Below the pieces are notes generated by a model. That model was not told the DNA's origin. It saw nothing but the letters and a program-made list of their open reading frames with translations, and did no database searches. A stretch of 64,000 nt of DNA, from assembly GCA_964566535.1 (NCBI GenBank), contig CAZMIO010000002.1, forward strand, positions 62,001-126,000, written 5' to 3'. This document shows positions 29,700-40,350 of the stretch, piece by piece (position 1 is the first letter of the stretch; each line of letters opens with the position of its first letter). A program made the translations under genes and the position numbers. This stretch comes from an uncultured Methanosarcinales archaeon. Its GTDB lineage: Archaea > Nanobdellota > Nanobdellia > Woesearchaeales > CAZOXR01.

Positions 29700-30044
29700 A
29701 TGAGTAAGAAGAAAGAAGAACAAGAACAACAAGAAAAACTTCAACAAGAAATCAGTAGAATTAGACTTCCAAGAGGAAATCAAGTTTTAGGACTTCTCGA
29801 ACAACGTTTAGGCGGCTCTAGGATGAGAGTTAAATGCCTAGATGGAAAGACAAGAATCTGCAGAATCCCAGGAAGATTAAAAAGAAGACTCTGGGTAAGA
29901 GATGGGGATATTGTGATTATTGAACCATGGGAGTATGGCGGAGACGAAAAAGGTGACGTTATTCTTAAGTACACTCCAACTCAAGTTAGATTCCTAAAGA
30001 AAAGAGGATTACTAAAGCAATTAGACGAAGTAGATGAGTTCTAA
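29700..30044 (+). CDS. eif1A: Translation initiation factor aIF-1A
   Basis: LGGSRMRVKCLDGKTRICRIPGRLKRRLWVRDGDIVIIEPW. Confidence 0.96.
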   Translation: MSKKKEEQEQQEKLQQEISRIRLPRGNQVLGLLEQRLGGSRMRVKCLDGKTRICRIPGRLKRRLWVRDGDIVIIEPWEYGGDEKGDVILKYTPTQVRFLKKRGLLKQLDEVDEF

Positions 30045-30050
30045 TTTAAA

Positions 30051-30090
30051 TGTCAGAATTCCACCCACCTCCAATGGGTAGTTCTTGACA
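30051..30090 (+). repeat. Partial single-arm copy D of the dispersed palindromic repeat
   Basis: TGTCAGAATTCCAC...GTTCTTGACA matches the second arm of copy A. Confidence 0.55.
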
Positions 30091-30159
30091 AGTTAAAACA
30101 ACCAATTGTCACTCTAGAATAGAAATATTTATATATCAATTATACCTTAACTAGAAATT

Positions 30160-30771
30160 ATGGGGGAAAGAAATACTGCATTATTCTTAGTAACTGATAT
30201 CATTGTACTAATTGTATTCATTGGATTAATATTTCTAACATTTAACTTAAGCGGATTATTCATAATTGGAGAGTTGGCTCTCCTATTCGCATTATTATTT
30301 TTTTCACTAGTTGCATTAGTTGCAGTTTATTATAAGATCAGATTTGGAAGTACTTTACTTATGTCGATATTCGCAATAGTTTTAATTAACCTATTATTTA
30401 TCTACTTCAAAAAAGGTTCAATAAACTCTGCAGTATTTTTCATAACAATGCTCCTTTCACTAATTGGATTCTTAATAGCAGTCGCAAGTATCAAAAGAGA
30501 CGATGATGAATTAGAAGATGAAGCACCTATTATCGAAGAGAACACAGAAACAATTGTTGAAGAAAAAGCAGAACCAATTGTTGAAGGAAAGGCAGAACCC
30601 ATAACAGAAACAACTGAACCTGGCAAATTCGCAGCATCCAAAACCGGCTCATCCTACCACGCACCAAAGTGTGAGTGGGCAAAGAAGATAAAGAAGGAAA
30701 AATTGGTTTGGTTCGACTCAGAAGACGCAGCTAAGAAAGACGGTTACAAAGCTCATTCTTGTTTAAAATAG
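30160..30771 (+). CDS. Four-TM membrane protein with acidic linker and C-terminal Ada-like metal-binding domain
   Basis: ASKTGSSYHAPKCEWAKKI...FDSEDAAKKDGYKAHSC. Confidence 0.75.
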   Translation: MGERNTALFLVTDIIVLIVFIGLIFLTFNLSGLFIIGELALLFALLFFSLVALVAVYYKIRFGSTLLMSIFAIVLINLLFIYFKKGSINSAVFFITMLLSLIGFLIAVASIKRDDDELEDEAPIIEENTETIVEEKAEPIVEGKAEPITETTEPGKFAASKTGSSYHAPKCEWAKKIKKEKLVWFDSEDAAKKDGYKAHSCLK

Positions 30772-30790
30772 AATTGATTGGTTCACTAAC

Positions 30791-31171
30791 ATGCCACCAG
30801 CTAATATTGATTACCAAGAAAGTGATTTAAGTGAAGTAGATTTTAAAGGATTTCTATCAAGAGATAAAGCTGAGGACCTTGTTGGAACAATTACAGACAA
30901 ACATGGCCCTGATATGTTTATAGCAGTTAAAAAAGATGAAATAGCAGTAATGGCAGAAGCAAGACATGAGAATGGTGGTGGACAAGGTTACGTTTCACTA
31001 TGGGTTTATGAACGAGATCATCACCCAAAATTTGACATAATGGATGAAGTAAGAAGAGCCCATAATAGGGCTGAACGAAACGGCCTAGTGTGCGATGATG
31101 CAATAATAGTTGACACAGACTATGCAGAAGAATTTAGAGAAGCTTTAAGATCTGCTGGTTACAGAGTTTAA
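30791..31171 (+). CDS. Hypothetical protein
   Basis: 126-aa ORF filling the gap; no recognised motif. Confidence 0.6.
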   Translation: MPPANIDYQESDLSEVDFKGFLSRDKAEDLVGTITDKHGPDMFIAVKKDEIAVMAEARHENGGGQGYVSLWVYERDHHPKFDIMDEVRRAHNRAERNGLVCDDAIIVDTDYAEEFREALRSAGYRV

Positions 31172-31182
31172 CTTTCCCTAAC

Positions 31183-31971
31183 CTAACTTATAACCGACGT
31201 CTTAATATCGGTCCTACACTTACATTCTACATTCTCTTTAAGCTTAGGTATTGCCTTTAAGAACAGCTTAATCACATTATCAGCATTCTGCTTAAATGTC
31301 TTTAACACCATCTGAATATCAACTGTCTCACCCTCTTTCCAGCAATCATAGTCAGTCGACATAACAACAACAGCGTAACATAACCCAGCTTCACGAGCAA
31401 GAACACATTCTGGAACAGTACTCATGTTAATCACATCAGCCTTCCACTGTCTCCATAAATGAGACTCAGCACGAGTAGAAAACCGAGGACCCTCTATTGT
31501 AATCACCGTCCCTTTCTCGTGAGCTCTCATCCCTAACTCATTCGCTGACTCATACAACGAATCCCTCATATCTTTACAAAAAGGCTCAGCCATAGGAATA
31601 TGACAAACATGATCCTTCTCAAAAAAAGTAGATTTCCTCTTAGTAGTCCTATCAATAAACTGGTCAACCAACACAAAGTCACCTGGCTTAATCTCTTCCT
31701 TAAGAGAACCAGCAGCAGAACTAGCTAAGATGTGTGTACACCCTTGATCCTTCAAAGCCAAAATATTCGCCTGATTCGGAACATTAGTAGGCATTATCTC
31801 ATGGCGCCTTCCATGTCTTGATAATATAACCACATCAATACCCTCAATACTACCTGTCATCAAACTAGAACTAGGCTTACCATACTTAGTCTCAACCTCA
31901 ACCTCTTTCGCATCTTTAAGAATCTCTGGATTTTCAAGCCCCGACCCACCAATTATTCCAATTTTTACCAT
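31183..31971 (-). CDS. mtnP: S-methyl-5'-thioadenosine phosphorylase
   Basis: [34 protein letters not shown]. Confidence 0.95.
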   Translation of the reverse strand: MVKIGIIGGSGLENPEILKDAKEVEVETKYGKPSSSLMTGSIEGIDVVILSRHGRRHEIMPTNVPNQANILALKDQGCTHILASSAAGSLKEEIKPGDFVLVDQFIDRTTKRKSTFFEKDHVCHIPMAEPFCKDMRDSLYESANELGMRAHEKGTVITIEGPRFSTRAESHLWRQWKADVINMSTVPECVLAREAGLCYAVVVMSTDYDCWKEGETVDIQMVLKTFKQNADNVIKLFLKAIPKLKENVECKCRTDIKTSVIS

Positions 31972-32030
31972 TTAACATCACCTAAGAAAAACAATTCTAT
32001 TGAATTATAAAAATTTTATTATAATTTAAA

Positions 32031-32579
32031 TTACTTCTTAACCTTCAACTTCTCCTTTACAGCCTTATCAGAAATAATAGCAGAATTTCCAGTCGGATCC
32101 TCAATAATCATCTTCTGATTCTCTTGACCCCACATAATCTTAGTTATTTTCTTAAGCATGTTCTTAGCCTTCTTCTTAAGAGCTACATCTTCCTCAGAAT
32201 CACGAGCACTTTCAACCTCTCTTTTAATTCTCTTCAATATACCTTCAACATTAGTGATATACCCTTTCGAAGCAGGACCTGGAGTAATTGTCGTAATATG
32301 TGGAACCTTTATTGTAGCCTGAGAACTTCTTATAACCCGAATCTTCATATCTTCCTCAGATGAAATCTCAAGAGTAAACTTACTAGGCTCTTGTCCCGAA
32401 GTAGATTCAACATCAGCCATATGATATTTGCAGCTTGAACAAGTCATAGAAAAAACTAAAAGCTTTCCAAAATAAGGAACCTCCATCTCACCCTCGGTCA
32501 ATGCCATAGTCTTCTTATGACACATAGGACACGTTTGTCCAGAAAGTTCCCCCATTTTGTTTTCAACTGCTTCTGCCAT
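32031..32579 (-). CDS. ZPR1 zinc-finger protein
   Basis: CPMC...VPYFG...CSSCKY, GYITNVEG, IEDPTGNS; ATG 32579 preferred. Confidence 0.93.
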   Translation of the reverse strand: MAEAVENKMGELSGQTCPMCHKKTMALTEGEMEVPYFGKLLVFSMTCSSCKYHMADVESTSGQEPSKFTLEISSEEDMKIRVIRSSQATIKVPHITTITPGPASKGYITNVEGILKRIKREVESARDSEEDVALKKKAKNMLKKITKIMWGQENQKMIIEDPTGNSAIISDKAVKEKLKVKK

Positions 32580-32682
32580 AGTCCTAAAGAAGGGAAATAT
32601 GTTTATATACTTTTTGGTTGATGAATAAACAAAAAAAAGTTTACCATAAACTTTAAAAACCATCTAACTTTCTTATATCTAG

Positions 32683-33741
32683 ATGGAAGAAGAAAAGCCA
32701 AACAAAATAAAAGACTTTTATGACAAAAATTACAAAAAGCTATTAGTCATACCTTTCCTATTATTATTCTTAGCAATTATAGCTATAGGTTACCAATACT
32801 CCACAACAGGAGATTTCATTAACAAAGATGTTTCACTAAAAGGGGGGTTAACAATAACTATTCCCACAAAAGCACCAATTAACCTATTAGATATTAAACA
32901 AAAACTCTCTACAGATTATCCAGAAAATGATATCTCAGTAAGGTCATTGACAAAAACAGGTAAGCAAGTAGGCATAATCATAACATCAGACATTGACGGA
33001 ACAAAAAACGAAGAAGTAAATTCATTTATAGATTCAATCGAAAAAAACCTAAACAAGGAATTAGTTGAAGGAGAATATAGCGTAGAATTCGTAGGCTCAT
33101 CCTTAGGAGCTAGTTTCTTTCAAGAAGCAATAAAAGCAATCTACATAGCTTTCCTATTCATGGGAGCAGTAGTATTCCTTTACTTCGGCACAAAGATGAA
33201 ACATAAGTTAATCTCACTAGCCCTAGCAATTCTTGCAGCCATCTTCATCTTCATGGTAAAAAACCCATTTACAGATATATTAGCATATATAATCGGCATC
33301 TTACTCCTAATACTATATGTCAAATACAGTGCTCCAAGTGTTGCAGTCATTTTAGCTGCATTCTCAGATATTGTAGTTACTTTAGCAATCGTAAACATAA
33401 TGGGGATGAAGATAAGTACAGCAGGTATTGCTGCTTTCTTAATAATAATAGGTTACTCAGTAGATACAGATATACTTCTATCAACAAGAGTTCTAAAAAA
33501 AAAAGAAGGAGAAGTAATTGATAGAATCGCTGGCGCATTCAAAACAGGAATGATGATGTCACTAACAACCATCGCAGCAGTTATTGTTTCACTAATCATT
33601 TCCCAATCAGAGGTCATCAGACAAATCATGACTATCCTGCTAATAGGACTTTTAGTAGACCTAATCAACACATGGATTCAAAATGCAGGTATACTAAAAT
33701 TATACCTTGAAAAAAAGAACAAACCAGTTGAAGAAGAATGA
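32683..33741 (+). CDS. secF: Protein translocase subunit SecF
   Basis: DVSLKGG, VGSSLG, IGYSVDTDILL. Confidence 0.92.
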   Translation: MEEEKPNKIKDFYDKNYKKLLVIPFLLLFLAIIAIGYQYSTTGDFINKDVSLKGGLTITIPTKAPINLLDIKQKLSTDYPENDISVRSLTKTGKQVGIIITSDIDGTKNEEVNSFIDSIEKNLNKELVEGEYSVEFVGSSLGASFFQEAIKAIYIAFLFMGAVVFLYFGTKMKHKLISLALAILAAIFIFMVKNPFTDILAYIIGILLLILYVKYSAPSVAVILAAFSDIVVTLAIVNIMGMKISTAGIAAFLIIIGYSVDTDILLSTRVLKKKEGEVIDRIAGAFKTGMMMSLTTIAAVIVSLIISQSEVIRQIMTILLIGLLVDLINTWIQNAGILKLYLEKKNKPVEEE

Positions 33742-35441
33742 AAATAAAAAAGGTTTTCCAAAACTTTAGAGTAGTCATCCTAATTATAGTCTTATTATTA
33801 GCAATTATAGCAATTAATCCAAACTTTGGTAACAATGGTGTTGCCATAAGAAATATACTAACAAATAGTTCTGCAGCTTTATCAAACATAGAAAGACCAA
33901 GACCAAATGCTCCTCCGATGAGTAGAGAAGTAATCGTCGCACTAGATAATCAAATAATTAACAATTTAGAAGAGTACTATGAAGCTGTGTCTCAACTCGA
34001 AGTAAACAAAACAGTTCAAATCAGAACCAACAAAGGAATATACAGATTAACAACCAGAGAAAAATTCCAAACAATTGAACTAAACGAAACCGAAAAAAAG
34101 ACGATAGAAGAAATTGTTCCAATAAATGAAACTCACAATCAAACAATAACTAAAGAAGTAGAAGTTCCAAAAACCAAGCAAATATCCTTGGGTGTTGAAG
34201 AACTTGGGTTTATTGTACAAGATGCCCCAAAAACAAACATAAGAAAAGGATTAGACCTTCAAGGAGGGACAAGAGTCTTACTAAGCCCAGAAAAAAAGAT
34301 TTCTCCATCAGATATGGATATCCTACTTAGCAACATTAAAGAGCGACTTAACGTTTTTGGATTATCTGACATCATAGTAAGAGAAGCAGGAGATTTATCA
34401 GACAATCAATATATAGTAGTAGAAATAGCAGGAGCAAACGAAGAAGAAGTTAAAGATTTGCTGGCTAAGCAAGGAAAATTCGAAGCAACAATTGGAAATC
34501 AAACTGTATTTAGCGGAGGCAAAGATATCACTTATGTATGTAGATCCGCTGAATGTGCAGGTATCAATCCACTACAACCTTGCGGCACTACAGCTAACGG
34601 ACAGTGGTTGTGTAGATTTAGATTTTCCATGACATTAAATCCTGAAGCAGCTCAACGTCAAGCAGAAGCAACAAAAGATTTAGAAGTAATAACTGATGAA
34701 AACTCTCAAACTTACCTTAGTGAAAGTTTAGTCCTTATACTTGACAATCAAAAAGTAGATGAATTAAGTATTGGTGCAGAATTAAAAGGAAAAGCAGAAA
34801 CCAACATTCAGATTTCTGGTTCAGGAATAGGAAATACTCAACAAGAAGGAATTTTTAATGCCTTGGGGAATATGAAAAGGCTCCAAACAATACTAATCAC
34901 AGGTTCTTTACCAATAAAATTAGACATCATCAAGACAGACTCAATCTCCACTTTCTTAGGTGAAGAATTCCTAAATAATGCCATCTTAATAGGTTTACTA
35001 GCCGTCTTAACTGTAGTCATAATAATATTTGCAAGATACAGAAAAGTTCAGGTAGCAGTTCCAATGTTTATCACCATAATCTCAGAAGTCATTATCCTTC
35101 TGGGTGTTGCATCCTTAATCGGATGGAACATTGACTTAGCAGCAATAGCAGGTATACTAATTGCAGTTGGTACTGGTGTCGACCATCAAATTGTTATCAC
35201 AGACGAAACATTAAAAGGAGAATTAAAATCTATCTTCAACTGGAAAGATCGTATTAAAAACGCATTCTTCATAATAATGGCTGCTTACTTTACAACATTA
35301 GTTGCAATGATCCCATTGATTTTCGCAGGAGCTGGTATGTTAAAAGGATTTGCACTTACAACAATAATTGGAGTTAGCGTAGGAGTATTTATTACCCGTC
35401 CAGCATATGCGTCCATTATTGAAATATTATTAAAAGAATAA
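33738..35441 (+). CDS. secD: Protein translocase subunit SecD
   Basis: KGLDLQGG, RLNVFGL, GSLP, GTGVDHQIVITDE, LKGFA. Confidence 0.93.
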   Translation: MKIKKVFQNFRVVILIIVLLLAIIAINPNFGNNGVAIRNILTNSSAALSNIERPRPNAPPMSREVIVALDNQIINNLEEYYEAVSQLEVNKTVQIRTNKGIYRLTTREKFQTIELNETEKKTIEEIVPINETHNQTITKEVEVPKTKQISLGVEELGFIVQDAPKTNIRKGLDLQGGTRVLLSPEKKISPSDMDILLSNIKERLNVFGLSDIIVREAGDLSDNQYIVVEIAGANEEEVKDLLAKQGKFEATIGNQTVFSGGKDITYVCRSAECAGINPLQPCGTTANGQWLCRFRFSMTLNPEAAQRQAEATKDLEVITDENSQTYLSESLVLILDNQKVDELSIGAELKGKAETNIQISGSGIGNTQQEGIFNALGNMKRLQTILITGSLPIKLDIIKTDSISTFLGEEFLNNAILIGLLAVLTVVIIIFARYRKVQVAVPMFITIISEVIILLGVASLIGWNIDLAAIAGILIAVGTGVDHQIVITDETLKGELKSIFNWKDRIKNAFFIIMAAYFTTLVAMIPLIFAGAGMLKGFALTTIIGVSVGVFITRPAYASIIEILLKE

Positions 35442-35450
35442 AGAGGATTT

Positions 35451-35825
35451 ATGACTACAAAATCTTGGGCAATCGGATTGATAATACTTTGTACTTTACT
35501 AACTTCTTCTGCCCAAATAATATATAAATTTGGCATAGAACCGCTTAACATATACCTAATAGCCTTAGGACTTGCTATCTATAGTGTTGCAGCAATCATA
35601 CTAATCAAAGCCCTTAAAGGAGGAGAACTATCTGTACTATACCCACTCATCGCTACCAGCTATATATGGGTTAGTATATTTTCTCCAATATTTTTCTCAA
35701 CTGATAGTATGAATTCCACTAAGTGGATAGGAGTAGTAGTCATAATAATAGGTATAAGCTTTATAGGGTTGGGAAGTAAAAGCAATTCGACAACCAACGA
35801 AACAGAGGTCCCAAATGCCAACTGA
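35451..35825 (+). CDS. EamA/SMR-type small membrane transporter subunit
   Basis: 4 TM, ALKGGELSVLYP. Confidence 0.85.
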   Translation: MTTKSWAIGLIILCTLLTSSAQIIYKFGIEPLNIYLIALGLAIYSVAAIILIKALKGGELSVLYPLIATSYIWVSIFSPIFFSTDSMNSTKWIGVVVIIIGISFIGLGSKSNSTTNETEVPNAN

Positions 35826-36168
35826 AGTATGGGCTATTGAGTTAGTCCTCCTTGCATCCCTGTTAGGTTCACTAGGCCCAATATTTTTAAAAAAATCTGC
35901 AAACGACTTTAGTCTAAATCCATTTAAACTAATAAAAAATTTCAACCTCCTAATTGGTTTAAGTTTCTATGCACTAGGCACTATCCTCTTCATCCCTGCA
36001 TTAAAAGGCGGAGAACTATCAGTTTTATATCCTTTAATCGCAACAACATACATTTGGGTAAGTTTATGGTCTATGAAAATATTAAAGGAAAAAATGAATA
36101 AATTTAAATGGATGGGCATAGCAATCATAATCGTAGGAATAACATTTATAGGATTAGGTTCAATATAA
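35815..36168 (+). CDS. EamA/SMR-type small membrane transporter subunit (paralog)
   Basis: 4 TM, ALKGGELSVLYP; overlaps the previous gene. Confidence 0.85.
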   Translation: MPTEVWAIELVLLASLLGSLGPIFLKKSANDFSLNPFKLIKNFNLLIGLSFYALGTILFIPALKGGELSVLYPLIATTYIWVSLWSMKILKEKMNKFKWMGIAIIIVGITFIGLGSI

Positions 36169-36169
36169 A

Positions 36170-36841
36170 ATGAAAACAATCATCTCTTTAGGGGGCTCAT
36201 TAATCATTCCAGAGGAAATAGACCATACTTTTCTAAAACAGTTCAAAGAATTAATCAACAAACAAATAAAAAAAGGTAACTCATTTGTAATCTACTGTGG
36301 TGGTGGAAGTTTAGCAAGACGCTACCAAGATTCTGCAAAAAAGATAACTTCCTTAGACAATGAAGAACTTGACTGGCTAGGAATAAATGCGACTATCTTA
36401 AATGCTAATCTAATAAAAACAATATTCAAAAGTAATGCAGAAGAAAACATAGTAATCGATCCAACAAAGAAAATCAGCCCAAAAAAACCGGTATTAGTTG
36501 CAGCAGGGTGGAAACCAGGATGGAGCACCGATTATGATGCAGTCCTGTTAGCTAAAAACTTAAACATCAGAAGCGTAATCAATATGACTAATGTTGATTA
36601 TGTCTATGATAAAAATCCAAAAGAACACAAAGATGCAAAACCTATTAAACAAACAACGTGGGGAGAATTCAGAAAACTTGTTGGAGATGAATGGACAGCA
36701 GGCCTAAACATGCCATTTGACCCAATAGCTGCAAAGGAATCTGAAAAATTAAATCTAAACGTTACAATCATAGGAAAGGATATTGACAATCTAGAAAAAG
36801 TTCTAGAAAATAAAGAATTCAAGGGAACTAAAATTAGATAA
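36170..36841 (+). CDS. pyrH: UMP kinase (archaeal type)
   Basis: ISLGGS, CGGGSLAR, GWKPGWSTDYDA, TNVDYVYDKNP, PFDPIA. Confidence 0.93.
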   Translation: MKTIISLGGSLIIPEEIDHTFLKQFKELINKQIKKGNSFVIYCGGGSLARRYQDSAKKITSLDNEELDWLGINATILNANLIKTIFKSNAEENIVIDPTKKISPKKPVLVAAGWKPGWSTDYDAVLLAKNLNIRSVINMTNVDYVYDKNPKEHKDAKPIKQTTWGEFRKLVGDEWTAGLNMPFDPIAAKESEKLNLNVTIIGKDIDNLEKVLENKEFKGTKIR

Positions 36842-37340
36842 AGTCGCTAATCTTATGTCTAACTTCTTCGTGCCATAACCACAATAACAGCACAATAGCA
36901 TCTACTCCATTCGCTATTGCAACAAATCCAGTCTTAGTAAATAAATCAAGACCATAAGTAGCAGTAGAAAAAGGATAAAAAGGCATGATGTATCCACTAA
37001 ACACATAATCAAGAAATATATGAAATCCAGTTCCAAACGAAATTATTGCAAACAAAATAAAATATTTCTTACTCACACTCAAAAAAATCAAAGCTATAGC
37101 TAAAAACATTAAAGGAAAAAACAAAGAATGAGTTATAGTCCTATGAAACCACTCTACTTGAATCCCTAAAATATTCTTAAACAGCCAATAAACTGGTATA
37201 TCAGCATCAGGCAATAATCCAGCTACCCCTCCAATAAAAACAAAAAGCAAAGGAATACTCCGTTTATTTTTGATAACATAGTCCCTAAATAAATCTATAA
37301 CTATAATAGTAAACAATACATGAACTACTGCCTGGGGCAT
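36834..37340 (-). CDS. Membrane-bound metal-dependent hydrolase (YdjM-like)
   Basis: N-terminal H, LLPDAD, HRTITHS, HIFLD. Confidence 0.85.
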   Translation of the reverse strand: MPQAVVHVLFTIIVIDLFRDYVIKNKRSIPLLFVFIGGVAGLLPDADIPVYWLFKNILGIQVEWFHRTITHSLFFPLMFLAIALIFLSVSKKYFILFAIISFGTGFHIFLDYVFSGYIMPFYPFSTATYGLDLFTKTGFVAIANGVDAIVLLLWLWHEEVRHKISDFI

Positions 37341-37341
37341 T

Positions 37342-37671
37342 CTACCTTTTTCTCAAAGCTTTTGCAGCTCTTTTTACTTTTCTTGCACCAGTTTTAGCAA
37401 CTCGTTTAACTGCTCTTGCTCCCTTCCTAGCCTTAACTCCTGTTTTCTTAGCTACAGACTTAGCTTTGTTCAATTCAACAGAAATTATTTTATCAATCCG
37501 TTTCTTCTCTCTAGCTCCTTCAGTCATAACCTTCTTCACAACATTCATTGCATCCTTATTACTGAGCAATTTTTCCTTAACTAAAGGTCCCACAAGCTGT
37601 ACTACCTTCTTCCGAGTTAAACTTGCAGCCCCCAAACCCAACAAAACGCTTTTTTGTACTAATTTTTTCAT
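37342..37671 (-). CDS. Phasin-like protein with basic tail
   Basis: LLGLGAASLT motif; downstream of a UbiB-family kinase gene. Confidence 0.65.
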   Translation of the reverse strand: MKKLVQKSVLLGLGAASLTRKKVVQLVGPLVKEKLLSNKDAMNVVKKVMTEGAREKKRIDKIISVELNKAKSVAKKTGVKARKGARAVKRVAKTGARKVKRAAKALRKR

Positions 37672-37692
37672 TTATTCACCTCAAATTTGTTT

Positions 37693-37724
37693 GAGGAGTT
37701 AGGAATTTTCATTCCTAAGACCTC
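37693..37724. terminator. Intergenic hairpin between UbiB and phasin-like genes
   Basis: GAGG..TTAGGAAT-TTTC-ATTCCTAA..CCTC (8-bp perfect core); function uncertain. Confidence 0.4.
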
Positions 37725-37727
37725 CTT

Positions 37728-39401
37728 TTATGTTTTTTCGCCCCTCACTACTGAGACAAAAAATATGAAAAGTAAAGTCATGGCACTAACAAATGTGATA
37801 AATGAAACTAAAGGTAATCCTAGGAAAGTAGGCCCACTAACTTGAATTGTCAATGCACTAGCAACCAATAAGGCAGCAATAATCATACCATAAACCAACC
37901 GATTACTTGACTTATCAATCTCAAGAGACAGCTTCCTAATATCAGTATCTTCTACATCAACCTTAATCGTCCCATCTTTAATCTTATTTAAAACGGCCTC
38001 TGCTTCTCCAGGAAGCCTATTCAACAAACTATTGAATTTAACTGCACTTTTAATAAAGTTCTTAGCAATCTTTTTCGGACTCAAACTCTTTCTGACAAGT
38101 TTCTCAATAAATGGTTTGATACTAACCACAATATTAAATTTAGGGTCATACTCCAAAGCAATTCCTTCTAAAGTTACAATAGTTTTTCCAAATAATACAA
38201 AATCAATGGGCATCTTAAGTTTATATTTAAGAGCAATATCAAGGATTTCCTCAAGAACATGACTTAATTTAATTTCCCCTAATTCGCTTCCCTGTAAAGG
38301 TTCAATAACATTTTTTACTTCTTCTTTAAACTCATCCTTGTTTATTTTACCATCACTCATATCACTCATATCTAAAAAGACATCAACAATTCTTTCAGAA
38401 TCCTGCTCAATAATCCCATAACACAAATCTATAGATTTCCTCTTTAAATCATCATTAAATCTACCCACTATACCAAAATCAACAAAAGATATCCTATTGT
38501 TACTTAAAACAAGTATGTTTCCAGGATGAGGATCAGCATGAAAAAACCCATGAATAAAAACTTGAGTCAAGATTGCATCAAATCCATTTTTAATTACCTT
38601 ATCAAGGTTCAAATTCTTTTTCTTAATAGCCACTATATTCCTAATGTCAAGCGCATCAATATATTCTAAAGTTAACACCTTACTTGTAGAATATTCCTCA
38701 TAAACTTTAGGAATAAAAACAGTTCTGCTCCCTTTAAAATTCTTATAAAATCTTTTTGCGTTTCTTGCCTCATTCTTAAAATCAAATTCTTTCTCGGTCC
38801 ACTGAGCAAACTCATTTACAATCCCCTCCGGATTAAACTTAGCCAACTCGGGACTGTGCTTCTGAATAAGCTCAGCAATAACTTTCATTATCTCAATATC
38901 AGTTTCAATTATTTTTTTAATCTTAGGCCTTTGTACTTTAACTGCAACTTTTTTACCGTTTTTCAGAACAGCTTTATGAACTTGGCTAACAGAAGCTGAT
39001 GCAATTGGCTCTTTATCAAAAGACCTAAACAATTTATTAGCTGGCTGCCCAAACTCACCCTCAATCATGTTCTCAATCTCCTTAAAAGGAACTGACTCAA
39101 CATCATCCTGAAGTTTTTCAAACTCATTTATATATTTCTTAGGAATTAAGTCCGGCCTAACACTCATCAATTGCCCAAACTTAATAAAAGTCGGACCCAA
39201 TTTCTCCAATATTAATCTAACCCTCACTTCTGGATTTAGCCTATCCCGAACTAACCTAAGTTTTAATTTTTTACCAAGGGGAACTTTATGGCCAAGTTTA
39301 ATCTTGTTTAGTAAGTAGCCAAAACCTCCCTCAAAAAGAATTAAAATTATCTGATTCAACCTATTAACATCTCTTACCCCTTTTATTATACCAAAGGCCA
39401 T
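37728..39401 (-). CDS. AarF/ABC1/UbiB kinase family protein
   Basis: LGPTFIKFGQ, ASASVSQVH, VAVKVQRP, GFFHADPHPGN, DFG. Confidence 0.95.
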   Translation of the reverse strand: MAFGIIKGVRDVNRLNQIILILFEGGFGYLLNKIKLGHKVPLGKKLKLRLVRDRLNPEVRVRLILEKLGPTFIKFGQLMSVRPDLIPKKYINEFEKLQDDVESVPFKEIENMIEGEFGQPANKLFRSFDKEPIASASVSQVHKAVLKNGKKVAVKVQRPKIKKIIETDIEIMKVIAELIQKHSPELAKFNPEGIVNEFAQWTEKEFDFKNEARNAKRFYKNFKGSRTVFIPKVYEEYSTSKVLTLEYIDALDIRNIVAIKKKNLNLDKVIKNGFDAILTQVFIHGFFHADPHPGNILVLSNNRISFVDFGIVGRFNDDLKRKSIDLCYGIIEQDSERIVDVFLDMSDMSDGKINKDEFKEEVKNVIEPLQGSELGEIKLSHVLEEILDIALKYKLKMPIDFVLFGKTIVTLEGIALEYDPKFNIVVSIKPFIEKLVRKSLSPKKIAKNFIKSAVKFNSLLNRLPGEAEAVLNKIKDGTIKVDVEDTDIRKLSLEIDKSSNRLVYGMIIAALLVASALTIQVSGPTFLGLPLVSFITFVSAMTLLFIFFVSVVRGEKT

Positions 39402-39480
39402 ATCCTAAATCATACTCTTCTTATTTATATACTTTATGAATAAGGAAACATTTTTAAAACAGCAATCCATCCTTTATAAC

Positions 39481-40041
39481 ATGAAAGATATATTCGAAGT
39501 AAGAATTCATGGGCGTGGTGGTCAAGGAGCAAAAACAGCCTCGCAATTTATAGCTGAAGCTGGAATGAGTAAAGGTAAATTTATCCAATCGTTCCCTGAA
39601 TATGGCCCCGAACGAGCTGGTGCTCCTATGAAAGCTTATGCCAGGATTTCAGATAAACAAATTACAACCTATGCTCCAGTTGTCCAGCCAGATGTAGTCA
39701 TGGTAATCGATCCAACTTTAGTAAACTCAGTAGATGTTGCAGAAGGCCTCACAGATGAAGGCACATTGATAGTTAACACTAATGAATCATCTGAAGACAT
39801 TAAGAAAAAAACAAATTTTAATGGCAAAATATTTTGTGTAGATGCAACAAAGATCTCACTAGAAACTGTTGGTAAAAATCTTCCTAACACACCAATGTTA
39901 GGAGCATTGATTAAAGCAACAAACATAATCCCAATTGAAGCCGTATTTGACAGCATTAAGCATAAATTCCTAAAAAAATTAGGAGAAGATAAAACCAATC
40001 AAACAATAGATGGAGTAAAAAGAGCCTACGATGCCATATGA
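39481..40041 (+). CDS. porC: Pyruvate:ferredoxin oxidoreductase gamma subunit
   Basis: EVRIHGRGGQG, YGPERAGAP, PNTPMLGA; ATG 39481. Confidence 0.92.
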   Translation: MKDIFEVRIHGRGGQGAKTASQFIAEAGMSKGKFIQSFPEYGPERAGAPMKAYARISDKQITTYAPVVQPDVVMVIDPTLVNSVDVAEGLTDEGTLIVNTNESSEDIKKKTNFNGKIFCVDATKISLETVGKNLPNTPMLGALIKATNIIPIEAVFDSIKHKFLKKLGEDKTNQTIDGVKRAYDAI

Positions 40042-40349
40042 CTAAAGAACACTTTTTCAGCAAACAAAGAAGTAGTAAAGAACTTCCAATAGGTGGCCTT
40101 ATAGATGAAGCAGGATCATCCAAACATTTCAAAACAGGAGACTGGAAAAGCTTTAGACCAATCATTGATGAAAACAAATGTATCAACTGTATGTTTTGCG
40201 TTGTTTACTGTCCTGAAAATTGCATTAGAGCAAAAGATGACAAAAGAGGAGAAATTGATTTAAGTTATTGTAAAGGGTGCCTTATATGTCAGAATGTTTG
40301 CCCAGTAAAATGTATATCTAACAAAAAAGAATCGGAGTTTACTAAATAA
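40038..40349 (+). CDS. porD: Pyruvate:ferredoxin oxidoreductase delta subunit (2x 4Fe-4S)
   Basis: TGDWKSFRP, CINCMFCVVYCP, YCKGCLICQNVCP. Confidence 0.93.
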   Translation: MTKEHFFSKQRSSKELPIGGLIDEAGSSKHFKTGDWKSFRPIIDENKCINCMFCVVYCPENCIRAKDDKRGEIDLSYCKGCLICQNVCPVKCISNKKESEFTK

Positions 40350-40350
40350 A

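Noticed and set aside
33495..33504. A10 tract in secF (also a T9 tract in coaE) as phase-variation sites
   Set aside because: In frame, encoding Lys runs in an A-rich genome; the genes are intact.
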